Shown one piece after another: positions 10,189 to 19,394 of a stretch of 64,000 nucleotides of DNA. A program made the position numbers and the translations under genes. Source of the stretch: a virus; the IMG/VR virus record IMGVR_UViG_3300024259_001888, positions 20,336 to 84,335 of that record; one strand, given 5' to 3'. Positions within the stretch are counted from its first letter, which is position 1. Each line of letters begins with the position of its first letter. The notes beneath the pieces were generated by a model. It had not been told where the DNA came from. It saw only the letters and a program-made list of their open reading frames with translations, and ran no database searches.

Positions 10189-10189
10189 A

Positions 10190-10573
10190 TTACTTCCATC
10201 TATTTCCAGAACAAGTTTTAATGTATTTTAACTCATACTTTTTTGCCGCTGCGCTGATCCAACTACCAGAAAAGCCAGTGAGGTTCATAATTTCTCTTCT
10301 GGTCATATGCTCCATCCTGCCACTTCTGGAAAGCATGATAAGAATGTCACGACTAAGTTTAAAGCCAGGGTCTAAATCAATCTTTCGAATCTTAAGGTTC
10401 CTTCTCTTGACATTTAAAGTTGCAGTGCCTATGCCCATTAATCTTGCAAATTCATTAACACCATGTTTTTTACATGCTTGAATAATGAATGGCTTTACTT
10501 CTTCATAACACGTTCCTTTAGAATTATTATAAGCCTCCATCAGCCATTCCCAATCCAAATGAGGTCTACTCAT
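10190..10573 (-). CDS. Putative DNA-binding protein with two HTH-like segments
   Basis: GVNEFARLMGIGTATL and TRREIMNLTGFSGSWIS resemble HTH motifs. Confidence 0.6.
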   Translation of the reverse strand: MSRPHLDWEWLMEAYNNSKGTCYEEVKPFIIQACKKHGVNEFARLMGIGTATLNVKRRNLKIRKIDLDPGFKLSRDILIMLSRSGRMEHMTRREIMNLTGFSGSWISAAAKKYELKYIKTCSGNRWK

Positions 10574-10792
10574 TTAATCACCCTCTTCTTCTGGAATAAT
10601 AATTACTTTATCTATTTCTACTTTTTTGAGTCTTCCTCCATTCATCACAACCAATGCCACATCATAATTTACAGCCCAATCCATTGCTTCCGATTTTTCT
10701 CGCACAAATCCCAAAAGAATACCTTTTTGAGTATGCATATCTTCACCTTTACCGATTCCAATAAGACAATCTTGCGGTTCATTGAGTAGCAC
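10574..10792 (-). CDS. Hypothetical protein
   Basis: GTG start with AAGGAGGTG RBS; abuts the next gene. Confidence 0.6.
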   Translation of the reverse strand: MLLNEPQDCLIGIGKGEDMHTQKGILLGFVREKSEAMDWAVNYDVALVVMNGGRLKKVEIDKVIIIPEEEGD

Positions 10793-11185
10793 CTCACACC
10801 TCCTTGCGCGATCGCTCGCTCACGCTCACGAATTTAATTAATTGAATATATATAATTTCTATAAAATTAAACATCTTATATTTTTTATGGCTTGGTTAAA
10901 AGAAGAAACCCACCCCCCTTGGAGTATATATATATTTTTTTTTATATATATATAACCAAGTAGGGGGTAGGAAAAAAGCTCCAAGAAACAACATATTCAA
11001 CCCCAGGTTTAACGAATATGGTCAAAGAAAAAAAATAGTTGAAAGAAGCGTTGCCAAAGAAGCCTTACTGTTATTTCTTTCTCTTCTGTGCTACTTCTTT
11101 CGGGGAGCTTAGTTTTTTACACTTTCTATATAACTATACAGCAAAACTTTTTAGGAATTCCAAAAAATTTTCCGGTATATCTATA
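10793..11185. other. AT-rich non-coding region with inverted repeat; candidate replication origin/promoter region
   Basis: Largest gap in the window. Imperfect IR 10912-10968 (ACCCCCCTTGGAG-TATATATATA / TATATATATA-ACCAAGTAGGGGGT), AATTAATTAATT, and a minus-strand TG-TATAGT near 11135. Confidence 0.4.
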
Positions 11186-11953
11186 TTATTTTTTTAATAA
11201 ACGTGGAGGTACGGACATTGATTCCATAATTTTCTTATGAACTTCTTCACTAAAATCCTTAGCTTCCTTTCCTTTTAATACAAAATCTTCGAATGGGGCA
11301 GTTAGTGTGCAGTCTATAACTATTGGCTTAGCTGAAAATACAATACCTACTTCTTCTCCAGGTTCAGCATTATTCTTAGCTAACCCAAAAATTGACGCAC
11401 CTGATAATTTTGCAGGAATAACTTGTCCATGAGAATCTAAAGAAATGGCTCCTCCTATACTTATTGGTTCACCAGCTTTCCAAGATTGTTGTCGCCAGTT
11501 TCTATTTTGTGTTAATCCTCTTTTTTTTAAGATCTTTTTCTTGGGAACTGGATCATTACGAGTTCCTTTATTGTGTGCTCGCCAATCATCTTCAGTACAT
11601 TTCCAAGTATATTCAGTACAATCGCCAGAAGGATGTTGAAAAGTTTGAATTATCCCATATTCACCAGCAATAGATAAAATAGTCTTGCCAGTTTTAGGAA
11701 CAATTGTTTCCTCCATACTCACTATAGGAAACCCTGCTTTTCGTAATTTATTATGAATATAACTACGGACTCGACTTTCATTACGCAAAATAATAAGTTC
11801 TCTATCATGAATTCGAACTCGTGTCTGTCTTATCTTAGGACTTGGCTTTTCTTTAGTGCTTATAGTGGCATTAGTACCATCAAATACCATCTGACCACCC
11901 CCATACACTAATACGGGCAGTGAAGTGCTCTTACGAACGTTCCTGCTGCTCAT
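11186..11953 (-). CDS. Hypothetical protein with C-terminal capsid-cement (DUF2190-like) domain
   Basis: KAGEPISIGGAISLDSHGQVIPA....IFGLAKNNAEPGEEVGI resembles the cement protein at 48066-48545 (VLGVALSDAKNGEMVPV). Confidence 0.55.
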   Translation of the reverse strand: MSSRNVRKSTSLPVLVYGGGQMVFDGTNATISTKEKPSPKIRQTRVRIHDRELIILRNESRVRSYIHNKLRKAGFPIVSMEETIVPKTGKTILSIAGEYGIIQTFQHPSGDCTEYTWKCTEDDWRAHNKGTRNDPVPKKKILKKRGLTQNRNWRQQSWKAGEPISIGGAISLDSHGQVIPAKLSGASIFGLAKNNAEPGEEVGIVFSAKPIVIDCTLTAPFEDFVLKGKEAKDFSEEVHKKIMESMSVPPRLLKK

Positions 11954-12001
11954 ACGAACACAACCTGCCAGTTTTTTAGGACCAAAAACTACTTGCCTTT
12001 T

Positions 12002-12082
12002 TTACCCTTGCTTTTTTGACTTACCTTCCCCCTTCCCTTTCCGGGTTGATCCTTTGGTATTTCCTTTCTGTACATTGAACAT
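12002..12082 (-). CDS. 26-aa basic peptide starting with a copy of the major capsid N-terminus
   Basis: GGAGGA RBS; MFNVQKGNTKGSTRKGKGEGKSKKQG*. The MCP starts MYNVQKGN. Below the ORF-track cutoff. Confidence 0.6.
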   Translation of the reverse strand: MFNVQKGNTKGSTRKGKGEGKSKKQG

Positions 12083-12083
12083 A

Positions 12084-13154
12084 TCATCCTCCTTCATATA
12101 GCTTTTGGATGTATTTTGCACAATTTGCTGCCGCATTACCCTGATGTTCTCCATAAATTAAATTTGCAAGTTGGATTCTTTCTGAAAAGACATAGTCTTT
12201 ATATAGTGTATAGTTGATATCTTCTAAGAGGTTGTCAAAAGTAGTAAGATTTCTTCCAATACGTTTTCTAAATGTCCACTCCGGGCCTGTTGGATCGTAG
12301 TATTCAGAACGTTCACGAAATGCATTTGAAAAAAGTAATGTCGGCTTATGCCCTGCTACTGCAAGCAATATAGCGCCAGAACAATCACCGATAACCACAT
12401 CTGACCACAGTATAGCATCGGCAATATTACTGTGAGAATCTTCATGGATGTAAAACTTATCAGGACCATATGTCATTTCAAACTCTCGTAATGCAGACAT
12501 CTGATCAGGATATTTCTTTGGCAGTACCGGATGAGGCTTAAAAGCGATGCGGTAATTTGTATGCTCACACTCAACTATTCGACGAATCATTTCCCACCGA
12601 TGTTCAACACGAATTAACTCATCAACAAGGCTGAGATCACGGTTATAGGTGGGCGCAATTAAAATGTTTACCGTATTCCCAAAATGTCTTTCTTTATTCT
12701 GGTGCCACCATGAATCAGTGTTCATCTTTTTATTAAAGATTTTGTCTGCTGGAACATATCCAGTAACAACCATCTTTTTTCTTGGCCTAACTCCTCGCAT
12801 GAGAAGTTCATTCTTATAATAATGAGATGGAATGAACATGTAGTCCATCTCATTATTTCTATTATTAAACGTGGTATTTTTATTAGCCATACTATGAGAA
12901 ATAGTTATCAAATTTTCAGAACAATTTCTAAATAAATCAGCCCACTCATCAGCTATGATGAAGTATTTCCACCTTTTCCCGGTTTCATTAAACTTATCAT
13001 AAATAATATGCCTTTTGCTTGCAACAACATGATCAATTCCAAGTTTAGTTAGTTCATTAGAAATGGGATTCATTCCTGATGAATGAAAAGCGTATTTGAG
13101 AAATAAAACTATGTCAGTATCCACCATTTTAATCTCCCTATATAAATCTTCCAC
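12084..13154 (-). CDS. CDP-glycerol:glycerophosphotransferase (TagF)-like GT-B protein
   Basis: VVTGY, ILIAPTY, FKPHP, SDVVIGDCSG, and KPTLLF motifs typical of the family. Confidence 0.75.
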   Translation of the reverse strand: MEDLYREIKMVDTDIVLFLKYAFHSSGMNPISNELTKLGIDHVVASKRHIIYDKFNETGKRWKYFIIADEWADLFRNCSENLITISHSMANKNTTFNNRNNEMDYMFIPSHYYKNELLMRGVRPRKKMVVTGYVPADKIFNKKMNTDSWWHQNKERHFGNTVNILIAPTYNRDLSLVDELIRVEHRWEMIRRIVECEHTNYRIAFKPHPVLPKKYPDQMSALREFEMTYGPDKFYIHEDSHSNIADAILWSDVVIGDCSGAILLAVAGHKPTLLFSNAFRERSEYYDPTGPEWTFRKRIGRNLTTFDNLLEDINYTLYKDYVFSERIQLANLIYGEHQGNAAANCAKYIQKLYEGG

Positions 13155-13695
13155 TATGAATATCCTTTTTTCTTTTTCTTAATTCAACTATATATTCAGG
13201 AGAATGTGTTTTTCCATAAAAAGGATTTTTTTCTCCTAATCGCAATTTACGCATATGTTTTTTATGATTTTCATTCCACATAACACCATCTTCAATAGCT
13301 CTTAAAACATTTTCTCGTCGTGTCACTTCTTCTAAATGAAGAAGATTAAAATCTTCTTTGTTATTATACATATGGTGAATAATGTTTTTATTTTTAATTT
13401 TTCCAATCCAAGTTTGCCAAAGAAGTAAGTGCATTCTAATATGAGTTTGTCTTCCGATTATCGAAGATAAATTAACATATGGATATTCACCAGAATAAAT
13501 AATTTTAATAACACTTCCAATTCGACCTCTACTTCCGCTTTTTATTTTTCTTATAATAATTCCATCTTTAGAAATTATATAATCTTCAAATAAAATTTTT
13601 TCTCCATTCCTCCAAATCTTAGGAATTCTCCAAGTTCTCTTCTTAATTTCTCTATAACTTAAATCACCAACCAATTCTGAAATTTTCATCATCAT
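13138..13695 (-). CDS. HNH homing endonuclease with NUMOD3 (possibly degenerate active site)
   Basis: RMHLLLWQTWIG..IIHH...L.EVTRREN; NPFYGKTHS. Very AT-rich. Confidence 0.75.
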   Translation of the reverse strand: MMMKISELVGDLSYREIKKRTWRIPKIWRNGEKILFEDYIISKDGIIIRKIKSGSRGRIGSVIKIIYSGEYPYVNLSSIIGRQTHIRMHLLLWQTWIGKIKNKNIIHHMYNNKEDFNLLHLEEVTRRENVLRAIEDGVMWNENHKKHMRKLRLGEKNPFYGKTHSPEYIVELRKRKKDIHSGRFI

Positions 13696-13702
13696 CTCTT
13701 AA

Positions 13703-14443
13703 TTAACCATCTGTTTTAGGGTCATTTCTATTTGTTCTTAATGCATATATGTTTTCATGATAAAGTTTTACAGATGGCATTACCATGTGAATCATTTCAG
13801 GATAAGCTTCCTTCACTCTATTGCAGAATTCACTATCGCTTCCATAATGATTACAAGTTTGACCAAGGGGAAACTCATCAAGTAAATTTTTTCTAATTAA
13901 ACATAGAGAAAAGTTATTGTAACAAGTTTCAAGTGGTTTTGTGGGGATTCTTGGATCTCCTTTAGGCAAATGAAGAAAATCATGAGTGCCACTTAAAGGA
14001 TCTTGTTTTCCCACCCAATAAATCGTTTCTCGCAGGTGGTATAGTGACGGAGTAAGTGTAGCCACGTTCGGATTCTTCTCCATGAAATTAATCATCTTTT
14101 CCAGCCACAAAAGTTCTCTTCCTGGAATAAAGATGTCATCATTCAGAAGCACAACATATTCACATTCCGGAAGTATTTTCACTCCCACCATCGTACCTTT
14201 GCCATGATAGAGATTCTCATCATTTATCACAAAATCAAAATTTGGATACTGGCGCTTAATTGCATCCATGAATTCATGAATCTGAGAATTAACCTGCCCA
14301 TCTTTACATGGATTATGTGAAGCTACAAATCTTTCAATCGGATAGCCTGTATTTTGTAGAACAGAATTCACAGCTCTTACAAAAAATTCAACATTATCAT
14401 ACGGCAGGATTACTATTCCAACCTTTGGCCTAGGATCACTCAT
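13703..14443 (-). CDS. GT2 glycosyltransferase
   Basis: VGIVILPY, YVVLLNDDI (DD motif), YGSDSEFCNR. Confidence 0.85.
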   Translation of the reverse strand: MSDPRPKVGIVILPYDNVEFFVRAVNSVLQNTGYPIERFVASHNPCKDGQVNSQIHEFMDAIKRQYPNFDFVINDENLYHGKGTMVGVKILPECEYVVLLNDDIFIPGRELLWLEKMINFMEKNPNVATLTPSLYHLRETIYWVGKQDPLSGTHDFLHLPKGDPRIPTKPLETCYNNFSLCLIRKNLLDEFPLGQTCNHYGSDSEFCNRVKEAYPEMIHMVMPSVKLYHENIYALRTNRNDPKTDG

Positions 14444-14445
14444 CT

Positions 14446-15540
14446 TTACCTTCTCCTTTTTATCTCAATTTCATCAAACGCTTGAAGAATAACTTCCGGT
14501 GTAATCATCGCAAGACATGGACTCGGATCACCCTTGCTGCATGGATGATGTCCATGAAGAAAACAGGGAGAACATGGTGTAGTTGCATTAATTCCAATTG
14601 AACGATTAAAATATTTCATACGCAAATCCGAATGAAAAGGCCCATAAAGCCCAATAACTGGAACATCAAATCCACCAGCTATATGGATAAACATACTGTC
14701 CGGCGCAATGAAGTAATTCATAAGGCTTGCTGCAACAATAGCAGTCCTCAAATCTTTAATGACCGGATACGCATAGTCGCCAAGCTCTCCTGCTATATAA
14801 TTAATACTGCATTCCTGCACTTGACTTCCAAACAAGAATACATTGTATCCTCGATTAATCAGCTCCTTCCCTACCTTAACAAAATGATAAGGAATATAGT
14901 TGCGTACAGGACTTGAAGATTCAACTTGTATACCTACGCTTGGCCTGTTGCCATTCAAGCTAGGAAGTTCCCTATGCGCCCTATCTTCTTCTTCAAAGCT
15001 GAGAAATATCGAAGGAGTTTTTCTTTCAGGAGGAACAACCTTAATATCTAGACCCATCTTTTCCATAAATAGGTCATAAGCATTTAGTTGGTTAGCTGAA
15101 TAGTTATTTTCGATAAGATTTTCAAAAATGAGATGATAATGGTATTGATTCCATTCCGTTAATGAAATGGGAAGTGAAAGAGTCTTGTGAATATCTGGAT
15201 TGCCCTCTACAAAGGGACGATACTGATCACTTATCGCTATGTCAAGCTTTGATCGAGGATACTGGCGATAAAGTTCCATCAGACCAGTGGTCATAAATAG
15301 TATATCCCCACCACCACCATGCCGCATGGCTAGAAGTTGCTTGCCATTAAGGTCTTGACCCTTGTATTCGTTATAAATTTCTTTAAAGGGAATTTCTATA
15401 CCCATAACATGCCCAACAATAAGCTGGAGCTTACGGTGCAAATCATCAGAGAGGATATAGAATTCATTCTTCTGAAGGGTTAATTCTTTTGTGCCACCAC
15501 TCGAAATAGAACAAGTCTCTAGGACATGGATTACTTTCAT
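14446..15540 (-). CDS. GT9-like (heptosyltransferase-type) glycosyltransferase
   Basis: RHGGGGDILF, FIAPDSMFIHIAGGFDVPVIGLYGP, C-terminal PCSPC...C...CL cluster. Confidence 0.85.
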   Translation of the reverse strand: MKVIHVLETCSISSGGTKELTLQKNEFYILSDDLHRKLQLIVGHVMGIEIPFKEIYNEYKGQDLNGKQLLAMRHGGGGDILFMTTGLMELYRQYPRSKLDIAISDQYRPFVEGNPDIHKTLSLPISLTEWNQYHYHLIFENLIENNYSANQLNAYDLFMEKMGLDIKVVPPERKTPSIFLSFEEEDRAHRELPSLNGNRPSVGIQVESSSPVRNYIPYHFVKVGKELINRGYNVFLFGSQVQECSINYIAGELGDYAYPVIKDLRTAIVAASLMNYFIAPDSMFIHIAGGFDVPVIGLYGPFHSDLRMKYFNRSIGINATTPCSPCFLHGHHPCSKGDPSPCLAMITPEVILQAFDEIEIKRRR

Positions 15541-15601
15541 TATTTTTTATCTCCTTTGCTAACTTTTTTTGTTCAAAGAATTAAAAACATATCTAAATAT
15601 A

Positions 15602-16219
15602 CTACCCACTCTCTTTTATCGTTTGAATAATAAGCTCTTCTTTAGTAAGCTTACTTGGATTCCAAGAACTGCCAGATATAATATGCTGAATGCATGACCA
15701 TGAAATTTTAAATTTATCAGCTATTTCTTGAATGGTCCATCCTTCAATATATCCTAAGCATCTAATTTCTTTAACACTTCTATTCTTGAGTTTGACATTA
15801 GGAGCTTCTTTTCCGAATTTTCCATACATAGGATTCTTTTTTCCAGATTTATTTTTACCGTAAAAATTATTATTTTCTCCAGAATTATGAATTTTCATGT
15901 GTTTAGAATTAGTTAAACAATTAAGATTATTTATGTGATCATTTAACTTATTATAATTTCCATCTTCATTTTTTTCATTGTGATGAATATGATATCCCTT
16001 AGGAATAATCCCCTTCCAAGCTAACCATTGAAGATGACACACTTTAATCTGTTTATAATATTTTCCATTAATAGTGATGGAAATCACTCTATATCCCTGA
16101 TGAATATATGGAATTAATTTCTTTTCAGTTATCTTATTTCTTATATAACTACCATCTTTAGCAATAATAAGAGTTTTATCAATTTTTCCAGTTAAATTTC
16201 TTAAAAATTTCATTTTCAT
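15602..16219 (-). CDS. HNH homing endonuclease
   Basis: IHH...K.NDHINNLNCLTNSKH, N(N/P)(F/M)YGK repeats, C-terminal HTH. ATG 16219 chosen by analogy to the other element-associated HNH genes (track start 16231). Confidence 0.85.
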   Translation of the reverse strand: MKMKFLRNLTGKIDKTLIIAKDGSYIRNKITEKKLIPYIHQGYRVISITINGKYYKQIKVCHLQWLAWKGIIPKGYHIHHNEKNEDGNYNKLNDHINNLNCLTNSKHMKIHNSGENNNFYGKNKSGKKNPMYGKFGKEAPNVKLKNRSVKEIRCLGYIEGWTIQEIADKFKISWSCIQHIISGSSWNPSKLTKEELIIQTIKESG

Positions 16220-16250
16220 GATTTCTCTCACAATCTCTCCCTTCTAATTT

Positions 16251-16310
16251 AAGGACAAGAAAAGAAGTGAGAGAATACTCCTCTTTCGGGAGCTACCCTA
16301 TCTTGCCCTT
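16251..16310 (-). ncRNA. Structured cis-RNA element, copy A, 5' of HNH gene
   Basis: AAGGGCAAGA-TA-GGG(TAGCT)CCC-GAAAG-AGGAGT(ATTCTCTC)ACTTCT-TT-TCTTGTCCTT. The loop is complementary to downstream GAGAGA x2. Confidence 0.7.
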
Positions 16311-16318
16311 TTTTTTAT

Positions 16319-16708
16319 TTATGATTCGAAGTTGTATTTGATCATGGTGATTTTGCCATCAATGGATCCATCGAAATTCACATTTCCAAATGATTCTCTG
16401 ATAGCAACAAAACATGCTCTGAATTCTTCTTCGGTGAAGGCTTCTGCATTGTGTAACAGCGAAGACAATGTAGCTACATTCGCTTTAAGATCAAATACAT
16501 CGATGAACAGGGGGGCAAGTTTTTTCATTTCAGCTTCAATATAAAGCTTGACGTTTGAAAAAACCATGTTTGCAATCTTGTCAATCACTTCCACTTCTAC
16601 TTCCTGCACTGGCCGTGTTGGTACTTCCGGAACGGGATGTCTATCTTTTGTCATGATGATCCTCTCCAATTTGGGTTTATAAATCTTCTTCACTAATGAT
16701 TGCTCCAT
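16319..16708 (-). CDS. Hypothetical protein
   Basis: 129-aa ORF at the end of the tail operon. Confidence 0.6.
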   Translation of the reverse strand: MEQSLVKKIYKPKLERIIMTKDRHPVPEVPTRPVQEVEVEVIDKIANMVFSNVKLYIEAEMKKLAPLFIDVFDLKANVATLSSLLHNAEAFTEEEFRACFVAIRESFGNVNFDGSIDGKITMIKYNFES

Positions 16709-18347
16709 CTCTAACTTCTAACCAAGGATTGTTCCTCCACTTCTCTCCAGTTTGAGTTTCTGCAATAAGCATTTCATCTAATGCATCAGTTAAAGCACCA
16801 TCCAATTCAGGAGTCAAATTCTTAGCACTTCCCTGAGCAACTCCGCCTCCATGATCCATAGCTACAAATATTTCAAAATCCATACAATTAGGAAGAACCT
16901 CAGTCCTTTCTCTTATGAACCATATAACCATAAATTCTTCATCTGGATTATCATCACTTACATGAAATTGTCCAGTTCCTTGCACTATTGCGGCAGGGTC
17001 AAATTGACTACCTTCATCTAAGACATATCCATATATTCGCTGTTCCACAAAGGAAGATCCATCAGGCTCTTTTGTCTCGCAAGATATATTATCGCTTTGA
17101 ACAAGATGAGCTCTTTTAGGGTTATCCATATCCCAAAATTTTCCCATGGGAGTAGGGGCTGGAAATTCTGGAGTGCAAATTTGTTGCCAAGTAGCAATAT
17201 AAGGATCATCCGCTACACAATCCCATGCAAACTCCCATGATTCTTCTACCTCCTGACATTCGAAAACAGCTTTTCCTCCTATCGAATCAATAGCATAAGA
17301 TGCATTAAAAAAATAAGTTTCATCATATCCACGATGATTATCATATCCCCATGGAGATGTAACATAAGATATCCATTCGCCATGAAATAGAGTAAATGCC
17401 TCAGAGCCTTCTCGCACTATATGTCTTATGAAATCAACATGTCCTTCGGCTGGATTTTGAAATGTCCATCTAGAACCTGACCATTCATCTACTTCGACAT
17501 TCTTAGTATCATGATCATATCTCTTTTGATACTTAGAACTCTTCCCCGCAGGTTCATAAATTCTTCGATTTTCTTCAGCATCGCCTCCAATAGTATGTAT
17601 GGTTGAACCATAAAGAGTTTCCCATGTTCTTGCAAATTGATTTGCATCAGTTGGAGCTGGAGGCCATGGGTATTGATTTGATCTAAGCCATAAGCCAGAA
17701 GCTCTCCATTCATTATGAGAAGTGATTGTTGCAAATCCACTACCATCATCAACACTATCAGAAATATCATCCATGGTTCCAACAGGTGGAGGATTTACCG
17801 ACTCTCCTTTAACCAATTGCTCTTGCGTTGGTTTTGGAGAGTCTGCAAGCCATTTTTGAATGCGGAGTAAATTTCCAAGAGGCCAATCGCTGTCCTGGAA
17901 ATATTCTCCATCATACTCATGCTCTTGTGTTTCTTCATTAAATGCGCTTTTAGGAATTTCAGGAAACTTATGATTAAGCATGTCCCATGCAACCAGTCTA
18001 TGACTGCCACAATGGAATAAGACTATATAGCCACTACAAGATTTCACTTCATTTGCATGTCCAACAATTACCGGGTCTTCATTATTGGCTCTACGATACA
18101 TTACTAAAACTTCATCATCTGATGCAAAAGCTGTACTTCCTTGTGCGTCTTCGCCATCGGGGTAAGCATTTTCCCAAGAAGTTCCATCGTTATTTGTGCC
18201 TTCATGCTTGCAGTGAAAATGAATTGGAATATCATCACCAATATCCTGCACATTACCTGTCTGCTTTGCATGATCTACACTGGTCAATGTTCCGGTGACA
18301 ATATTCCCCGCGTTTAAGTCGACATCTTCCCATTGAAAGTAGCTCAT
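16677..18347 (-). CDS. Putative tail-tip/receptor-binding protein
   Basis: Acidic, Trp/Tyr-rich. N-terminal 'GTLTSVD...IPIHFHC...F...DEVLV' resembles OB-fold tail-tip N-domains. Last large gene of the tail block. Confidence 0.5.
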   Translation of the reverse strand: MSYFQWEDVDLNAGNIVTGTLTSVDHAKQTGNVQDIGDDIPIHFHCKHEGTNNDGTSWENAYPDGEDAQGSTAFASDDEVLVMYRRANNEDPVIVGHANEVKSCSGYIVLFHCGSHRLVAWDMLNHKFPEIPKSAFNEETQEHEYDGEYFQDSDWPLGNLLRIQKWLADSPKPTQEQLVKGESVNPPPVGTMDDISDSVDDGSGFATITSHNEWRASGLWLRSNQYPWPPAPTDANQFARTWETLYGSTIHTIGGDAEENRRIYEPAGKSSKYQKRYDHDTKNVEVDEWSGSRWTFQNPAEGHVDFIRHIVREGSEAFTLFHGEWISYVTSPWGYDNHRGYDETYFFNASYAIDSIGGKAVFECQEVEESWEFAWDCVADDPYIATWQQICTPEFPAPTPMGKFWDMDNPKRAHLVQSDNISCETKEPDGSSFVEQRIYGYVLDEGSQFDPAAIVQGTGQFHVSDDNPDEEFMVIWFIRERTEVLPNCMDFEIFVAMDHGGGVAQGSAKNLTPELDGALTDALDEMLIAETQTGEKWRNNPWLEVRDGAIISEEDL

Positions 18348-19393
18348 ATGTCAGCTCCCAATGCTGTTCTTAAAAAATCAACTGCATTTGTATAATACAA
18401 CTTATCACTTGGCTGAATTTTCCAGCCGCCACCATCAGTTATTTTTGCAAGAATAACCCATTGATCAATATCATACTCATGCCACTCATTCTTAACTTCC
18501 TGCATTTCATACCCCCACCCTTCTGGACCGCCAGACGTAATGCATTTCACAGTGTAATTATAGCCGGGGGAAATTTTAGTTTTCGCAACTATCTTTCCTG
18601 CCTTTAAAAAATCAGGATTCCAGAGCTGTCCAATGAGTTGACCCTTCGATACTTTTCTAGGTTCTTCTTGTGTCGTATAATAATAATCCAACATGTAAAC
18701 TCCAAATGGAATAGGGTGATAATCCCTATATACCATTGTTACTTTATTCAATGGATTATTACATTGTATAGCAAAAGAAGTATCGCCATCTGAACCAGCA
18801 GTAAATAAATGAGGACTACTTAATCGCAATACTATCCGTGATCCAGTGACATCAATTGTTCCTGGACCTAAATATTCAGATTCATATCCTGTTACCATCC
18901 CAATTTCATGGGTTGCTTGTGCAAGACGACTACCATCTGTTTCTATTGAAACTTCTTCCAATTCTGAATGAGCTCTTAACCCTGTTCCAGATTCATACTC
19001 TGCTGGTCGTTCTATTCTTGTAACCACAGTTCCTGAAATTGTTCTGTCTTCTTCATCATTCCAATCAGGAAAAAGCATATGGAATATATTTCCTATTTTC
19101 CAAAATGGACGACTGTGTTTAATAAATACACCACCTATACCGGCATACTGAGTATAGACATCTATAGCTTTAAGATGAGGAGAATCTACACCGACACTAA
19201 TTGAAACTTCTAAATAATCAAAGATATTAGGCTTTAACCCTGTATCCTTACGATTACTGTTAGATACATTTAAGGTAATGTCAAAACGATTTTCAAAAAT
19301 ATCATCTGATCCACCCAACTTCTTCATCGGAAATTCTAAGACTCCCTCTGGCACCATTGGGATGTCAATAGACTCTTCTCTCATGTTAGCCAT
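18344..19393 (-). CDS. Putative tail protein
   Basis: Position in the tail block; beta-rich; ATGA overlap with the next gene. Confidence 0.55.
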   Translation of the reverse strand: MANMREESIDIPMVPEGVLEFPMKKLGGSDDIFENRFDITLNVSNSNRKDTGLKPNIFDYLEVSISVGVDSPHLKAIDVYTQYAGIGGVFIKHSRPFWKIGNIFHMLFPDWNDEEDRTISGTVVTRIERPAEYESGTGLRAHSELEEVSIETDGSRLAQATHEIGMVTGYESEYLGPGTIDVTGSRIVLRLSSPHLFTAGSDGDTSFAIQCNNPLNKVTMVYRDYHPIPFGVYMLDYYYTTQEEPRKVSKGQLIGQLWNPDFLKAGKIVAKTKISPGYNYTVKCITSGGPEGWGYEMQEVKNEWHEYDIDQWVILAKITDGGGWKIQPSDKLYYTNAVDFLRTALGADI

Positions 19394-19394
19394 T

